Positions 1 through 11,327 of a stretch of 64,000 nucleotides of DNA are shown piece after piece. Where the stretch lies: the NCBI RefSeq assembly GCF_006345805.1, contig NC_043008.1:51026001-51090000 (forward strand), read 5' to 3'. The notes below the pieces were generated by a model, which saw only the letters and a program-made list of their open reading frames with translations, was not told where the DNA came from and ran no database searches. Numbering within the stretch: position 1 is the first letter of the stretch; every line of letters starts with the position of its first letter. A program made the translations under genes and the position numbers. The stretch is from Octopus sinensis (Eukaryota).

Positions 1-65
1 ACTCCCCCTTCCCACTAAATGTCAAGCCTTACGCCTATAAAAGAAAGGCTTATTTATAGCCAGTC

Positions 66-300
66 CAAAAGCGGCGAGCTGGCAGAATTGTTAAAACGCC
101 GGGGGTAAAATGTTGAGCGATATTTCGACCGTCCTTACGTTCTGAGCTCAAATTCCGCAAAGTTCAGCCTTGCTGTCCTTGTTTCAAGGTCGATAAAAAG
201 AAGTACCAGTTGAGCACTGGGGTGAATTTTATCGCTTTAACCCCTCCCTTGAACTTACTGGCCTAATGCCAAACTTTGAAACCAATATTTATAGCTGGAT
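66..300 (+). mobile_element. tRNA-derived SINE (ggcggcgagctggcagaa family), diverged
   Basis: Head gcggcgagctggcagaattgtt and central ggtcgataaaaagaagtaccagttgagcactgggg are shared with about ten other copies in the window. Confidence 0.75.
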
Positions 301-727
301 TAGGACGGCAAGCTGGCAGATTTTAATTCTTTCATTTAATGCTTGTGGAAATGTAAACTTGAATAAATTATAGTTATTGACAAGGTAGGTAAGTGAGTCG
401 ATCGACAACAGCCAATCTAGTTCCCTAGGGTCAGTTTCTCCTCAGCCGGACTTGCGGGCAGTATGAGATATCATAACGGTATGTAATAATTAAAGACAAG
501 GCCAAGCGCTCTTCTTCGGTGAAGGAGTGCCAATCACCGTATATATATAGATGTGTGTACATGTTTGCGTGTGTGCATGCGGATGAATGTGTGAGAGTTC
601 CTGTACGTTCGCATGTATGCAAAACATACACACACGCACATATATATATATGTATATATATAAATACATATAAAATACATACATACATACATACATGCAT
701 ACTACATACATATATACATATATATAT

Positions 728-780
<53 letters not shown>

Positions 781-798
781 TATACATACATATATATA

Positions 799-847
<49 letters not shown>

Positions 848-1487
848 CACATATGCAAATATATGGTAAACAGTTAAAATCAATAATTCCAAGGAACATT
901 AGCATTATTCTCATTCGTCATCATACAGTAAAGTATTTGTTATATTTTACTAAATTTCAAACGGAAGAATGAAAAATATATATAAAACCATAAACGATAG
1001 AAGAGTAGACAAAGCGAACGGACAATTCAAATAATTTCTATTGCACAATATCTTATGTGGTTGGGGTGGATGTGAACTGAATATAATGTCAAAATTCACT
1101 GAAAACATTTCCAGAATAATTGTTTGTGCATTTAATTGTAACTGATTCTACAATTTAATTCATTGTTGGATTGCTAACAACAGTTCCTATATTTATCGAG
1201 AAAGACTTGTTTACTATTAATTAATGAATCCGGTTGTATGGGACTGTGATTCGATGCTATGCGCTGCTCTCAAACGTCTTGTAGATGTTGCATCTAGTTT
1301 TATTTCCAATGCCTTAGGTAGAGTCTGTGCATTGCAACCGGATGAGAACACAGCTTCTGTTGTTGCTCAGTTCTCTGTTCAGACTTGATTTCGAAATCTG
1401 TTATTTTTATATTTTACTTATTTCTATTACCTATATATTATCTATGTCTCTCTATTTCTATATCTCTTCGTCTCTCTCTCTCTCCAC

Positions 1488-1521
<34 letters not shown>

Positions 1522-1614
1522 TTCTTGATCTCTGTCTATAATGCCATTCGCTGAGATCCTCTCATTCAGAGCATTTGAAACTCTGCAAAGAAAACAATGG
1601 ACTAAATATGCATG

Positions 1615-2021
1615 AAGGCGGCGAGCTGGAAGAATCGTTTGCACACCGGGCGAAATGCTAAGCGGCATTTCGTCTGTCTTTACGTTCTGAGTCTAAATTC
1701 CGCCGAGGTCGACTTTGCTTTTCATCCTTTCGGGGTCTATTAAATAGGTACCAGTTACGCACTGGGGTCGATATAATCGACTTAATCCATTTGTCTGTCC
1801 TTGTTCGTCCCCTCTGTGTTTAGCCCCTTGTAGGTAGTAAAGAAATAGGTATTTCGTCTATCTTTACGTTCTGAGTTCAAATTCCGCCGAGGTCGACTTT
1901 GCCTTTCAACCTTTCGGGGTCGATAAATTAAGTACCAGTTGTTACATACTGGGATCGATCTAATCGACTTTATCCCTCCCCCAAATTTCAGGCCTTATGC
2001 CTAGAGAAAAGAAGAAAAAAA
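1615..2021 (+). mobile_element. Composite (dimeric) SINE with 19-bp TSD
   Basis: Two successive ggtcgactttgc...cggggtcgat...taccagt cores; flanked by aatggactaaatatgcatg (1596-1614) and aatggactaaatatgcacg (2022-2040). Confidence 0.85.
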
Positions 2022-2827
2022 AATGGACTAAATATGCACGATTAGTTAATACTTAAGCGAAGTAGCATACTTTCGATATATTCTCAACATTCTTTCAATG
2101 GGCGCTTTCATTCTGGTACCAACGTGCATAGAGTAGAATCGGGAGTCTGAGTAAGTAGTTGCACTAAATGCACTGCGGATGTTGGCACCGTCAAATATCT
2201 ACAACATGGAATTGACAAAGTAAGGCTACAGTGATCACTAGTTGCTAATATTTTGCTTTTCATTCTACAGGCACACAAGAAATCCAACAACAATATATAT
2301 AAACCATCGTACACAAAACCATAAATACTTGTACAGCACAAACATGGACACATGCACTCACACCTCCACACGCACACAGAGACACGCACGTGCACACACA
2401 GTTACATATGATGAATTATCTTATAATTGTTCCAATTGCTTCTGCCTTTGCTTTGTAAATTACTGTATAACATTTATCCACGTTTGTTCCACATAAGCTA
2501 ATACAACGTAAATCTGTTCTATATAATACAATACAGAGGGAAGTATTATATACATTGTATTCATGTTTAATATGACAGAATTCAGTTAGTATTTAAATGT
2601 CAACATTCGTTGAGGCAGTAAAATAGGTTAAATGCTTCGGTTAGGTAAAGTAATAATAAGGTATACAATTTAATGGTGATTATACAAAGGACGCACTTAT
2701 CGTAATTATATAACCGTTGCTAATTCACACTTGCCACATGCAACACCACTCATGCATATGCACACTATATACTTATACACACACATGGCATATATTATAT
2801 ATATATATATATAATATATATATATAT

Positions 2828-2859
<32 letters not shown>

Positions 2860-3098
2860 TATATATACATACATACAAGAGGGTGTGTGGGCTTTGGGTA
2901 AAAGAAACTACAAGAGGATAAGTTAATTATGATTTTATTCAACATATTCCTCTCTCTGGTTCAGACACACATATTGCGGCGTTCCTTAACTTTTCTAAGT
3001 TTTGTAACAGAACTCGAAAGTTTGGGCTTCTGCCAGGCCATCCGCGATAATCTAAAGCCAGAAATTTTCCAGCATATACATATACATGTAGATACATT

Positions 3099-3139
<41 letters not shown>

Positions 3140-3273
3140 TATTTTCTGAGATTGAATCGGCAGTTTATATTGCTGCCGATAAGTTTGGCGCGAATGCGTT
3201 GGTCTGAAAATTTTAAGACAGATATTCCCGAGGCATTGATACAGTAGCCTCGTGTATATCCGTCTCCCAGGTT

Positions 3274-3374
3274 TCTTTTACTGATGAAGTGTGACCTATG
3301 GTAGACTAGCTTAATTTAATTTAATTAAGCTGGTCTATCATTAAAGACACCGAAACGATGCATCGTATAAAAGA
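3274..3374 (+). ncRNA. Type I hammerhead ribozyme motif, copy 1
   Basis: Stem I TCTTTTA (3274-80)/TAAAAGA (3368-74); CTGATGA 3281-87; long stem II (GTGT/ACAC plus a 17-bp hairpin 3299-3340); GAAA 3352-55; palindromic stem III ACGATGCATCGT; GUA cleavage triplet, predicted cut after 3367. Confidence 0.7.
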
Positions 3375-3746
3375 TGAATTAGGGTAAATGTTTTTAAATT
3401 TTCACCTTATTTCCGAATTACACTACTTGGCGGTTGGAGTTCTGGCTGCTCTTTCTGGTGGACGAATGGCCTGTTTAGGCCATTCCTAAATTGTTATATT
3501 TATCTATTTAGTCTTTGACTATTTTCTCTTTTCCACCAGGCCGCTGGTAGCGATAAATTTTTACTGAATTTTTTGCTACCCTAAATTGATTAATTGATAA
3601 TTTTCTGACTAATTCTGAGATTGAATCGGCAGTTTATATTTGCTGCCGATAAGTTTGGCGCGAATGCGTTGGTCTTGAAAATTTTAAGACAGATATTCCC
3701 GAGGCATTGATACAGTAGCCTCGTGTATATCCGTCTCTCCCAGGTT

Positions 3747-3850
3747 TCTTTTACTGATGAAGTGTGACCTATGGTAGACTAGCTTAATTTAATTAATTAA
3801 GCTGGTCTATCATTAAAGACACCGAACGAAACGATGCATCGTATAAAAGA
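3747..3850 (+). ncRNA. Type I hammerhead ribozyme motif, copy 2 (4-nt CGAA duplication before GAAA)
   Basis: Same elements as copy 1: CTGATGA 3754-60, GAAA 3828-31, predicted cut after 3843. Confidence 0.6.
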
Positions 3851-3969
3851 TGAATTAGGGTAAATGTTTTTAAATTTTCACCTTATTTCCGAATTACACT
3901 ACTTGGCGGTTGGAGTTCTGGCTGCTCTTTCTGGTGGACGAATGGCCTGTTTAGGCCATTCCTAAATTG

Positions 3970-4013
<44 letters not shown>

Positions 4014-4069
4014 ACGTATGTATGTATGTATATCTATATATGTATATATATACATAAATACATTTATAC

Positions 4070-4121
<52 letters not shown>

Positions 4122-4265
4122 GTGTGTGTGTGTGTGCGTGCACGTAAAAAGTTGAATTAGATTGGTCCTTTAATTTAGAGTTTTCAAAAAAGATTTTTAA
4201 TATAGATTCTTCATATTTTTCTGGTGGCTTACTGGCGTAAAATAGCGAATGTGAAAATTATGCTT

Positions 4266-4734
4266 GTATATGGTGTGTTGTGTAGTTATGGAAAGAAATC
4301 CCATAAAACGCAACAATTTTGATAGAAATGGAGAAGAGAAGATGTTAAATATATATAAGACAATTTTAATTCATGCAAACGATCGTTTCGTGCTGCGATA
4401 TAAAAATCACGTAAATTTATGGCTGAATAGAATTAATTAAATTAATTAGATTAAATCAAAATAACTATATATCACTGTACTATTCAGTGCAAGAAGTATA
4501 AACAAAATTTTTACTTAAGAGTACAGTGATATATTATTCATTTATTTTAATCTAATTAATTTAATTAATTCTATTCAACCATGAATTTGCATGATTTTTA
4601 TATCGCTGTACGAAACTATCGTCTGCATGAATTAAAATTCACTTATATATTTAAACATCTTTTCTACTCCATTTTTATCAAATTTGTTGAGTTTTATGGG
4701 ATTTCTTTCCATAAATTTACGACACACCATATAC
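4266..4734. repeat. Foldback element with arms of about 220 bp and a hammerhead relic in each arm
   Basis: 4266-4487 is the imperfect reverse complement of 4514-4734 (gtatatggtgtg...atcactgtac versus gtacagtgat...cacaccatatac). Confidence 0.9.
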
Positions 4735-5936
4735 ATACCGTAAATCCTCGAGTATAATCCGCATTTTTTCCCCAAAATTTAACGATCACAATCCCTGGTG
4801 CGTACTATATACGAAGTTAAAAATGAAAAATATTTCCTAAACAATGTCCGAGTCTCTATTTGCTGTCCACCAATGTTTATTCAGACGCATTTTGTAATGT
4901 TGGAGGCGAAAATACCTTAAGCTAAGCCTGAAAGCAATGAAGACATAAAAGAATCGTCCATAACTTGCAGTAAGCAACATTTATTAAAATAAAAGTATTC
5001 AGAACACAGAATAACATGTAGCAAAACAATTTTCAAACATATTTACATTACCATATAACAGTTAAGAACATCACCATTACTGTATTATGCATGCGCGGAA
5101 GTGATTGTTCGACTAGGTGCTGCTGGCTTGATTGGACACGAAATGTGCTAAATAGTTAAGCGCTAAATAGTTCATCCTGCTGTTTGTATTGGCAGTTTGC
5201 ATCATTACCGTGACAAACAATAGATACTTAGTTAAATACCAGGAAGGAACTAGGAATGACCTAGGAATCCGAGTGTGGGGAGTTGGTAAGCTTCAAGCAG
5301 TGAGTGGAAGGTACAGAGAACAAAAAATGGACACTATAAGTTAAGGAACCAAAACAAGTTTTTTAGCATCGAGTTACACACTTTTCCCCATATCGAAATT
5401 GCAAGCAAATTCGCTAAGTTGATAGTTTCTAAATAGCTCAGTGTTGCTCAAAATACGAATAAAAATCCAACTTGAAAGAGGGGAGCAGGTAAAATGCACA
5501 CTGCATATGTTTCTTAACTATCCGAGGCTTTTAATATAATAGTCACCAAACGAGATCTGTTCATCGTAACTAATCACTAGGCTGAGGTTGCCTTATGAGA
5601 ATCATTACCATTCTGTGCTTCTCGTTCTTTTGAATTGTCGGTTTCTGAATGGTATGATTTGCCGAACCTAGAAGGAAACACTAACAATCTTACCGTACTT
5701 TGAGACAGCACAATGTGGATAAGATTAATAGACACGGAGAAAGAGTAACAGTAATTCTATGAATTAATTCTGTGAAAGGTTACCCAGTTACTATTGCGTG
5801 AACTGGTTTTGTCTTTTGTTGTTTGCACGTTTACCTGAGGCAATTTGGACCTGTAGGATTATTGGAAGCAATTTGGCTTGTATATTTTATTACGTTAATT
5901 AATTTGGGTCAGTCTTATCTAATACCGTATTTCTTG

Positions 5937-5988
<52 letters not shown>

Positions 5989-5992
<4 letters not shown>

Positions 5993-6317
5993 GAAATGAA
6001 GAAAATGCTGACAAAATAATTTAAGTAAGGGAGAGTGTATTTAATTAGGTGAAAGTTCCTTTTACCGGTTGCGCATTTGTTATGCTTATCAAAAGATATT
6101 TTTTAAAGAGAGATAGAGTTCCTTTCTGATAGATTTTTTTCTCTTATCTGAGAAAAAAATAAGAGAAAAAAATCTATCAGAAAGGAACTCTATCTCTCTT
6201 TAAAAAATATCTTTTGATAAGCATAACAAATGCGCAACCGGTAAAAAGAACTTTCACCTAATTAAATACACTCTCCCTTACTTAAATTATTTTGTCGGCA
6301 TTTTCTTCATTTCCTTT
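5989..6317. repeat. Near-perfect inverted repeat (arms of about 159 bp, 11-nt loop) next to (TA)n
   Basis: 5989-6147 versus 6159-6317; only two substitutions found by eye. Confidence 0.95.
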
Positions 6318-6988
6318 TTTTATATATCACAACTCGTGTTCCACATCTCCTTTTTTAAATATATATATATATATATATTATTCTTAAACTTCGAAGTCAC
6401 TATCAATAATATTCTTGTTTAAGAATAATATATCTGAACTCTACAAAAGTATAGAATGATCCATCAAATTAATGTAAACGTGATTGTATTAAAACTGAGC
6501 ATAAAATCAAATATTAATATATTTACATACACACACATGTATATGTATGCGTGCGTGTGTGTGTGTGAGTATGTGTGTGTGTTGGTGTGTGTATCTGTGT
6601 GTTAGTGTGCGTATCTGTGTCTGTGTGCGTAAAACCATTTATCTAAATGGTTTTAATCCTACGCCATCCAAATCATTTTGGTTCCCGTACCGTTTTATCA
6701 TTTGTTGGCTGCTTTTTGAAGGAAAATAATTTGTTTTAATTTACATAATCAAACGTACCAAATTTAAACTTGTAATTTGATAATGACTAATTAGCATTCC
6801 AGGAACAATTAAATATTCCTCTCATTTTGTTGTGTGTTACTTACAGAGTTCACAACGATGTTGGATCTCATAGTTGGAATTTATCACATAATAAAGTGGG
6901 GCATCGTCTTACATTGTTTTATCTGTGCGTTTTACGTATGTTGTCATTTGTTATCGTCTAATATTATATGCACAATATGATTATCATC

Positions 6989-7539
6989 ATGTTTCTTTGT
7001 GTTTATCTCATGTTAGAATGTGATATCATTTGTTATAACTGTGTATTTGTGTGCGATTTTACTTTGTCATATGTTGTGACGTACTGTTGTAGATAATAAA
7101 TGATACCGTCAGATATTGTGTTTCCGCAGGTTATCTGGTCTTATAAATGGAATGTTTGAGTAAAGGTTGAGACAGATTCCAATAGAAAATCGTTAACTTA
7201 CCGAACCAGTTTCGTCTTCGTTCTTCAGGAGTTCTGCGATGAAGGTAATACCATCATGTCTTTTTTGTGTGTTTAGCATACATTATTGCGTGATATCATT
7301 TGTTGTTAGCGTGTATTCATGTGATTTTTATTTTATCACATATTGTGACATGCTGTGGTAGGTTATGAGTGATATAGTGTGATATCTTCTTTCCGCAGGT
7401 TGTCTTGTGTTATGTAAGGAATGTTATCACGGTGTGTCTCTGAGTAGATGCTGAAATAGAATCGAATAAGAAATCGTTGACTTACCGAACCACATTGGTC
7501 TTCGTTCTTCAGGTGTTCTGCGATGAAAGTAACACCATC
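6989..7539 (-). repeat. Old tandem duplication spanning the 3' end of the large nAChR exon, its donor site and the start of the intron
   Basis: Units 7256-7539 and 6989-7255. The second unit reads DGITFIAELLKNEDETGS|GTAAGT against the genic [18 protein letters not shown]|GTAAGT. Confidence 0.85.
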
Positions 7540-8542
7540 AATGGCTTCTTGTATGTCTTCTGCCATAACTCTTTGTTTCATACTGCTTGAGCTTTCGGAA
7601 ACCAGGGCCTCTTCATATGGGAAACGACCGAACGCTGATGGTGGAAGTGGTGACTCAGTATTAACCGCACGTCGAGCTATACGTTGGTAGGCCTTGTTGG
7701 TAACGTTATCTCGTACACCGATACTACCTAAGCTGGAAGTGCCGTCTTTTACTTCAATTCCATTACAGGTTCGAACCGATGCTCTAGAGGACTTGTCGTA
7801 TTCCAGATTTGGACGACGCATGATGAGCAATTTTGGTAGAATGCTGAGGAATACTCGCCTCACCCACGGACTCATAGTGTGTGTCCAGGGTGAGCGAAAG
7901 TGGACATTAAGAACTACAACTGTAACGATGATTGATAAAGTAACAAGAATCATGGTGAACAATAAATATTTTCCGATCAGCGGAACGACAATCGAAGTGG
8001 GCGGAATGATCTCTGCTAACAACAAGAAAAATACAGTTAAAGAAAGCAAAATGGAGATACACAGAGTAATTTTCTCACCACTGTCGGAAGGGAGGTAAAA
8101 TACCAGTACGGTTAGAAAGGAAATGGACACGCATGGGATGATCAAATTAACAGTGTAGAAAAGAGTCTTCCGCCTCATTGTTATGTTAAAGGTAATGTCG
8201 GGATAAGGTTCTGGACAGCATAAGTATCGTTTTTCGTTTTTCTTGGCCGGTACATCTAAAATGTCCCATTCAACACTTCGATATAATTCTCGAAGGTCCA
8301 TGCCTCTTTTTATCACCGTTTCTCCTTGTTCGTTTGGGGCACAGATATGCACAAGGTCGACCTGATTGCCGTCGTAAGTCCAGGAACCGAATTTCATGGT
8401 GCATAATTGAATATCGAACGGGAAAAATTCGACATCAATAGTACAGGAGCTTTTATAAATCGCCGGTGGCTCCCAAACGACCCGACCATCAGGATGCAGC
8501 GTGGCTTTGGTCATCAAAGTTACTTCATAATTTCCGTCTGCA
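7486..8542 (-). CDS. nAChR alpha-type subunit, large internal exon (loop E, Cys-loop, loops B/F/C, TM1-TM3, intracellular loop)
   Basis: Acceptor tttcAG at 8544-8543, donor TCG|GTAAGT at 7485-7484; 1057 nt, phase 2 to 0. Translation includes (N)[23 protein letters not shown], Cys-loop [36 protein letters not shown]1, SDSGEK, TM2 [24 protein letters not shown]3, and ends in [19 protein letters not shown]. Confidence 0.97.
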
Positions 8543-9030
8543 CTGAAATACGTATATTGAAGGATCTTCATGAGACATTGTGCAATCGGTGTTTCAAAAC
8601 AACTGCTAATCTACCAATTCATGCACATTGCATAATAAAACTGCATCAACGGGATGGCCTTATTTCAATACGGTAACAATGAAACAATACTTATGTATAT
8701 ATATAAATATATACAAAGAGAGAAAGGGAGTGAAAGGGAGAGAAAGGGAGGTGTGAAATAAGTTGAAGAGGATGCAAGGAAGGGAGGTAAGGACAAACTA
8801 AGTTGGGTATATTTTATTTTTCAGTAAGATGTTTACCAATTCAAATTCGTTTCTGTCAATGTAAATTTTCATTGCCATTTTCTTTATAGTAACATTATAT
8901 CCTGCTGACATAATTAATTAATTTGTCCGTATATAATACTCTTAGATTTATTCTTGCGAGTCTATACATCGTTTAAACCTGCTGTCTTCTTGAAATATTT
9001 CTTTTAAGACATTCTATCTAATACTTTCGA

Positions 9031-9255
9031 CAGGGAAGATAATCGTGACCGCGTTTGTACCGTTGGCGATTTTTTTCCCTCCGTCTTCCCTTCTTTGGAT
9101 CTTTCCTTTTCCTATGTTTCTAACGAAGAACTCCGCTCGAAACGTTAAACCCTCCTTCTTTCCTGCTTTCCTGAGCGTTCGATAACACTATACTTGTTCC
9201 ACGTCATCGCGCTGTTGTGTTTACTTTTTGTGTATTCATGTTTGGATTAACTTTA
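9031..9255 (+). mobile_element. Penelope-like pLTR fragment with a degenerate minimal hammerhead (9116-9150), ending at (TA)n
   Basis: gttt-CTAACGA-a-GAAC-tcc-GCTC-GAAA-CGT-T-aaac: type I topology with core G5 mutated. Confidence 0.5.
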
Positions 9256-9489
9256 TATATAATATATATATATCCAAGCATATATATAGCAAATAGTCCA
9301 ATGCTACTGCACCAAAGAAATTGAAACAGTGAAGCAGATGAGCTACAGAGAGAGGCTGAGAAAACTGCAGCATTACTCCCTGGAGTAAAGGTGTACACAC
9401 ACACAATACACACATACACATGCACACGCGCATACATACATACATACCCACACGTATATGCGTATGTACATATATATATATATATATGA

Positions 9490-9643
9490 CTTTTTTCGGT
9501 TTGTCTGCTAAATCCACTCTCAAGGCTTTGGTCGCCCCGAATCTTTAGGCGGAGACACTTGCCGAAGATGGCACACAGTGGTGCTGAATCCAGAACCTTG
9601 CTGCGGGAAAGGAAACTTCTTATCACACAGCCACCTCTGCGCC
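9490..9643 (-). mobile_element. CORE-type SINE fragment
   Basis: The minus strand reads ...atcttcggcaagtgtctcc...ggcgaccaaagccttgagagtggattt; same family as 34030-34172. Confidence 0.6.
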
Positions 9644-9657
9644 ATATGTGTTTATAT

Positions 9658-9696
<39 letters not shown>

Positions 9697-10429
9697 AAAT
9701 ACATACATACATATTATATATATATATATATTTATATATATTAATATATATATTGATATTTATATATATATATATTAATATATATTGATATTTATATATA
9801 TATATTAATATATATTGATAATTATATATACATATTATATATATATTGATATTTACATATATATATATATTAATATTTATATGTACATCTTTAAACACAC
9901 AGAGACACACACAAGCACGCACACACAAACCCACAAACACAAAGTGGGGATAACTGAGCATTCGTATTCCTTTAAATAGTATAATCCTTAAAATAAAAAG
10001 AGAGAAAACAGACAGAACCAAAAGGATAACGAAACTAAAATCATCCTCCCCACTTCATATTGACTTTCGTATTAAATTAAAAATTAAAAAGAAATATAAT
10101 TAAAAACGTCCTGCCAAATAAAGATATATGTTTTCATTTGCTAATCGCCATATCTAGTACTACATTTTTGTACCACCAATCATTCATTAAACATGCATTG
10201 CAAATACCGCAAATATGAGAGACGTGGCAACGCTCCATTTAAACGTTTCATAAAGAAACATAAAGAATATTGGCTGGCAGTTTAAATCTAGTTAAATATA
10301 TTTTAACAGCAGGTTCGTTAGGGGGTAAAATAAAAATGAGAATTCAATTGACATGAAATGGTAAACATCTAGGGATCCATAACAAAATTATCCATCTCAG
10401 ATTTGGACAAAGATATTTCTTTCTTTATA

Positions 10430-10468
10430 TATTTATATATAAACACACATATACGTGTAAACATGCGT

Positions 10469-10550
<82 letters not shown>

Positions 10551-10930
10551 ATATATATATATATGTATATATATGTATTTATATATATGCATATATGTAT
10601 ATATATGTATATGTATGTATATATATATGTATATATATATGTATTATATATATGCATATATGTATGTATATATATATATGCATATGTATGTATTTATATA
10701 TATGTTTATATATATATATGTATATATATGTATTTATATATATATAAGCATATATATATATATACGTATATGTACGTATAATATGTGCTTATAAAATATA
10801 TATATATGCATACATATATATGGATGCATAAGCATACACACATATATATTCACATATATTTACATATATATATAAATACATATATACATATTTATATGCA
10901 TAGACATTTATATATAAACATATATATACA

Positions 10931-10961
<31 letters not shown>

Positions 10962-10985
10962 TATACATATATATATATTATATAT

Positions 10986-11040
<55 letters not shown>

Positions 11041-11070
11041 TATCCATACACATATGTGTATTTAGATTAC
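10430..11070. repeat. Compound (TA)n/(TACA)n/(TATG)n microsatellite tract, representative of many in the window
   Basis: Visible directly; similar tracts at about 620-860, 9650-9880, 46210-46470, 56350-56600 and 62860-63260. Confidence 0.95.
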
Positions 11071-11282
11071 GTATACATTGAATGCATTTAAAACAAACTG
11101 TGCAAATATTTACTCATCTTTTCTATTGATACCTCTATTAATAATAACATGCTTCTTTCTAGAGAAAACTCGATAATAGAACATTTCACCGAACAAATGT
11201 CACTTCATTATCACAAACTTGAGTGACTTATCACGCAGCACTCATCTTATCTTATCGTATATATATATATATATATAGATAT

Positions 11283-11327
<45 letters not shown>

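Larger units (their letters stand above)
3144..3975 (+). mobile_element. Direct-repeat element (A-B-A; A about 360 bp, B 113 bp) with a hammerhead motif in each A, between (TA)n tracts; Penelope pLTR/retrozyme-like
   Basis: 3144-3499 and 3613-3975 differ only by five small indels. Several internal hairpins (atcggcag/ctgccgat, cgaggc/gcctcg, gaatggcct/aggccattc). The family assignment is inference from the hammerhead motif and architecture. Confidence 0.7.

Noticed and set aside
1298-1345. Minus-frame PVAMHRLYLRHW resembling the TM4 exon motif VAMVLDRLFLW
   Set aside because: It lacks EDW and D-R, stops immediately, has no hydrophobic TM4 and has a poor acceptor.
5090-5140. NRF1-, ETS- and CCAAT-like motifs (gcatgcgcggaagtg, gattgg) as a promoter
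   Set aside because: Short motifs with no associated first exon; expected by chance.
6836-6900. Third GTAAGT donor as a further copy of the exon end
   Set aside because: The upstream frame (IPTMRSNIVVNS) shows no similarity to the exon, and the spacing does not match the duplication.
7202-7232. CTGAAGA...GAAAC on the minus strand as a hammerhead
   Set aside because: No stem II or stem I pairing; it is the duplicated coding sequence.
7486-8542. Octopus chemotactile receptor (atypical nAChR-like)
   Set aside because: It retains the vicinal CC, loop B Trp and canonical TM2, so it is a conventional alpha subunit.
7363-8571. The 402-aa ORF taken as a complete single-exon gene
   Set aside because: Its first 10 and last about 40 residues are intronic read-through beyond the splice sites at 8543 and 7485; it lacks a signal peptide, loops D and A, and TM4.
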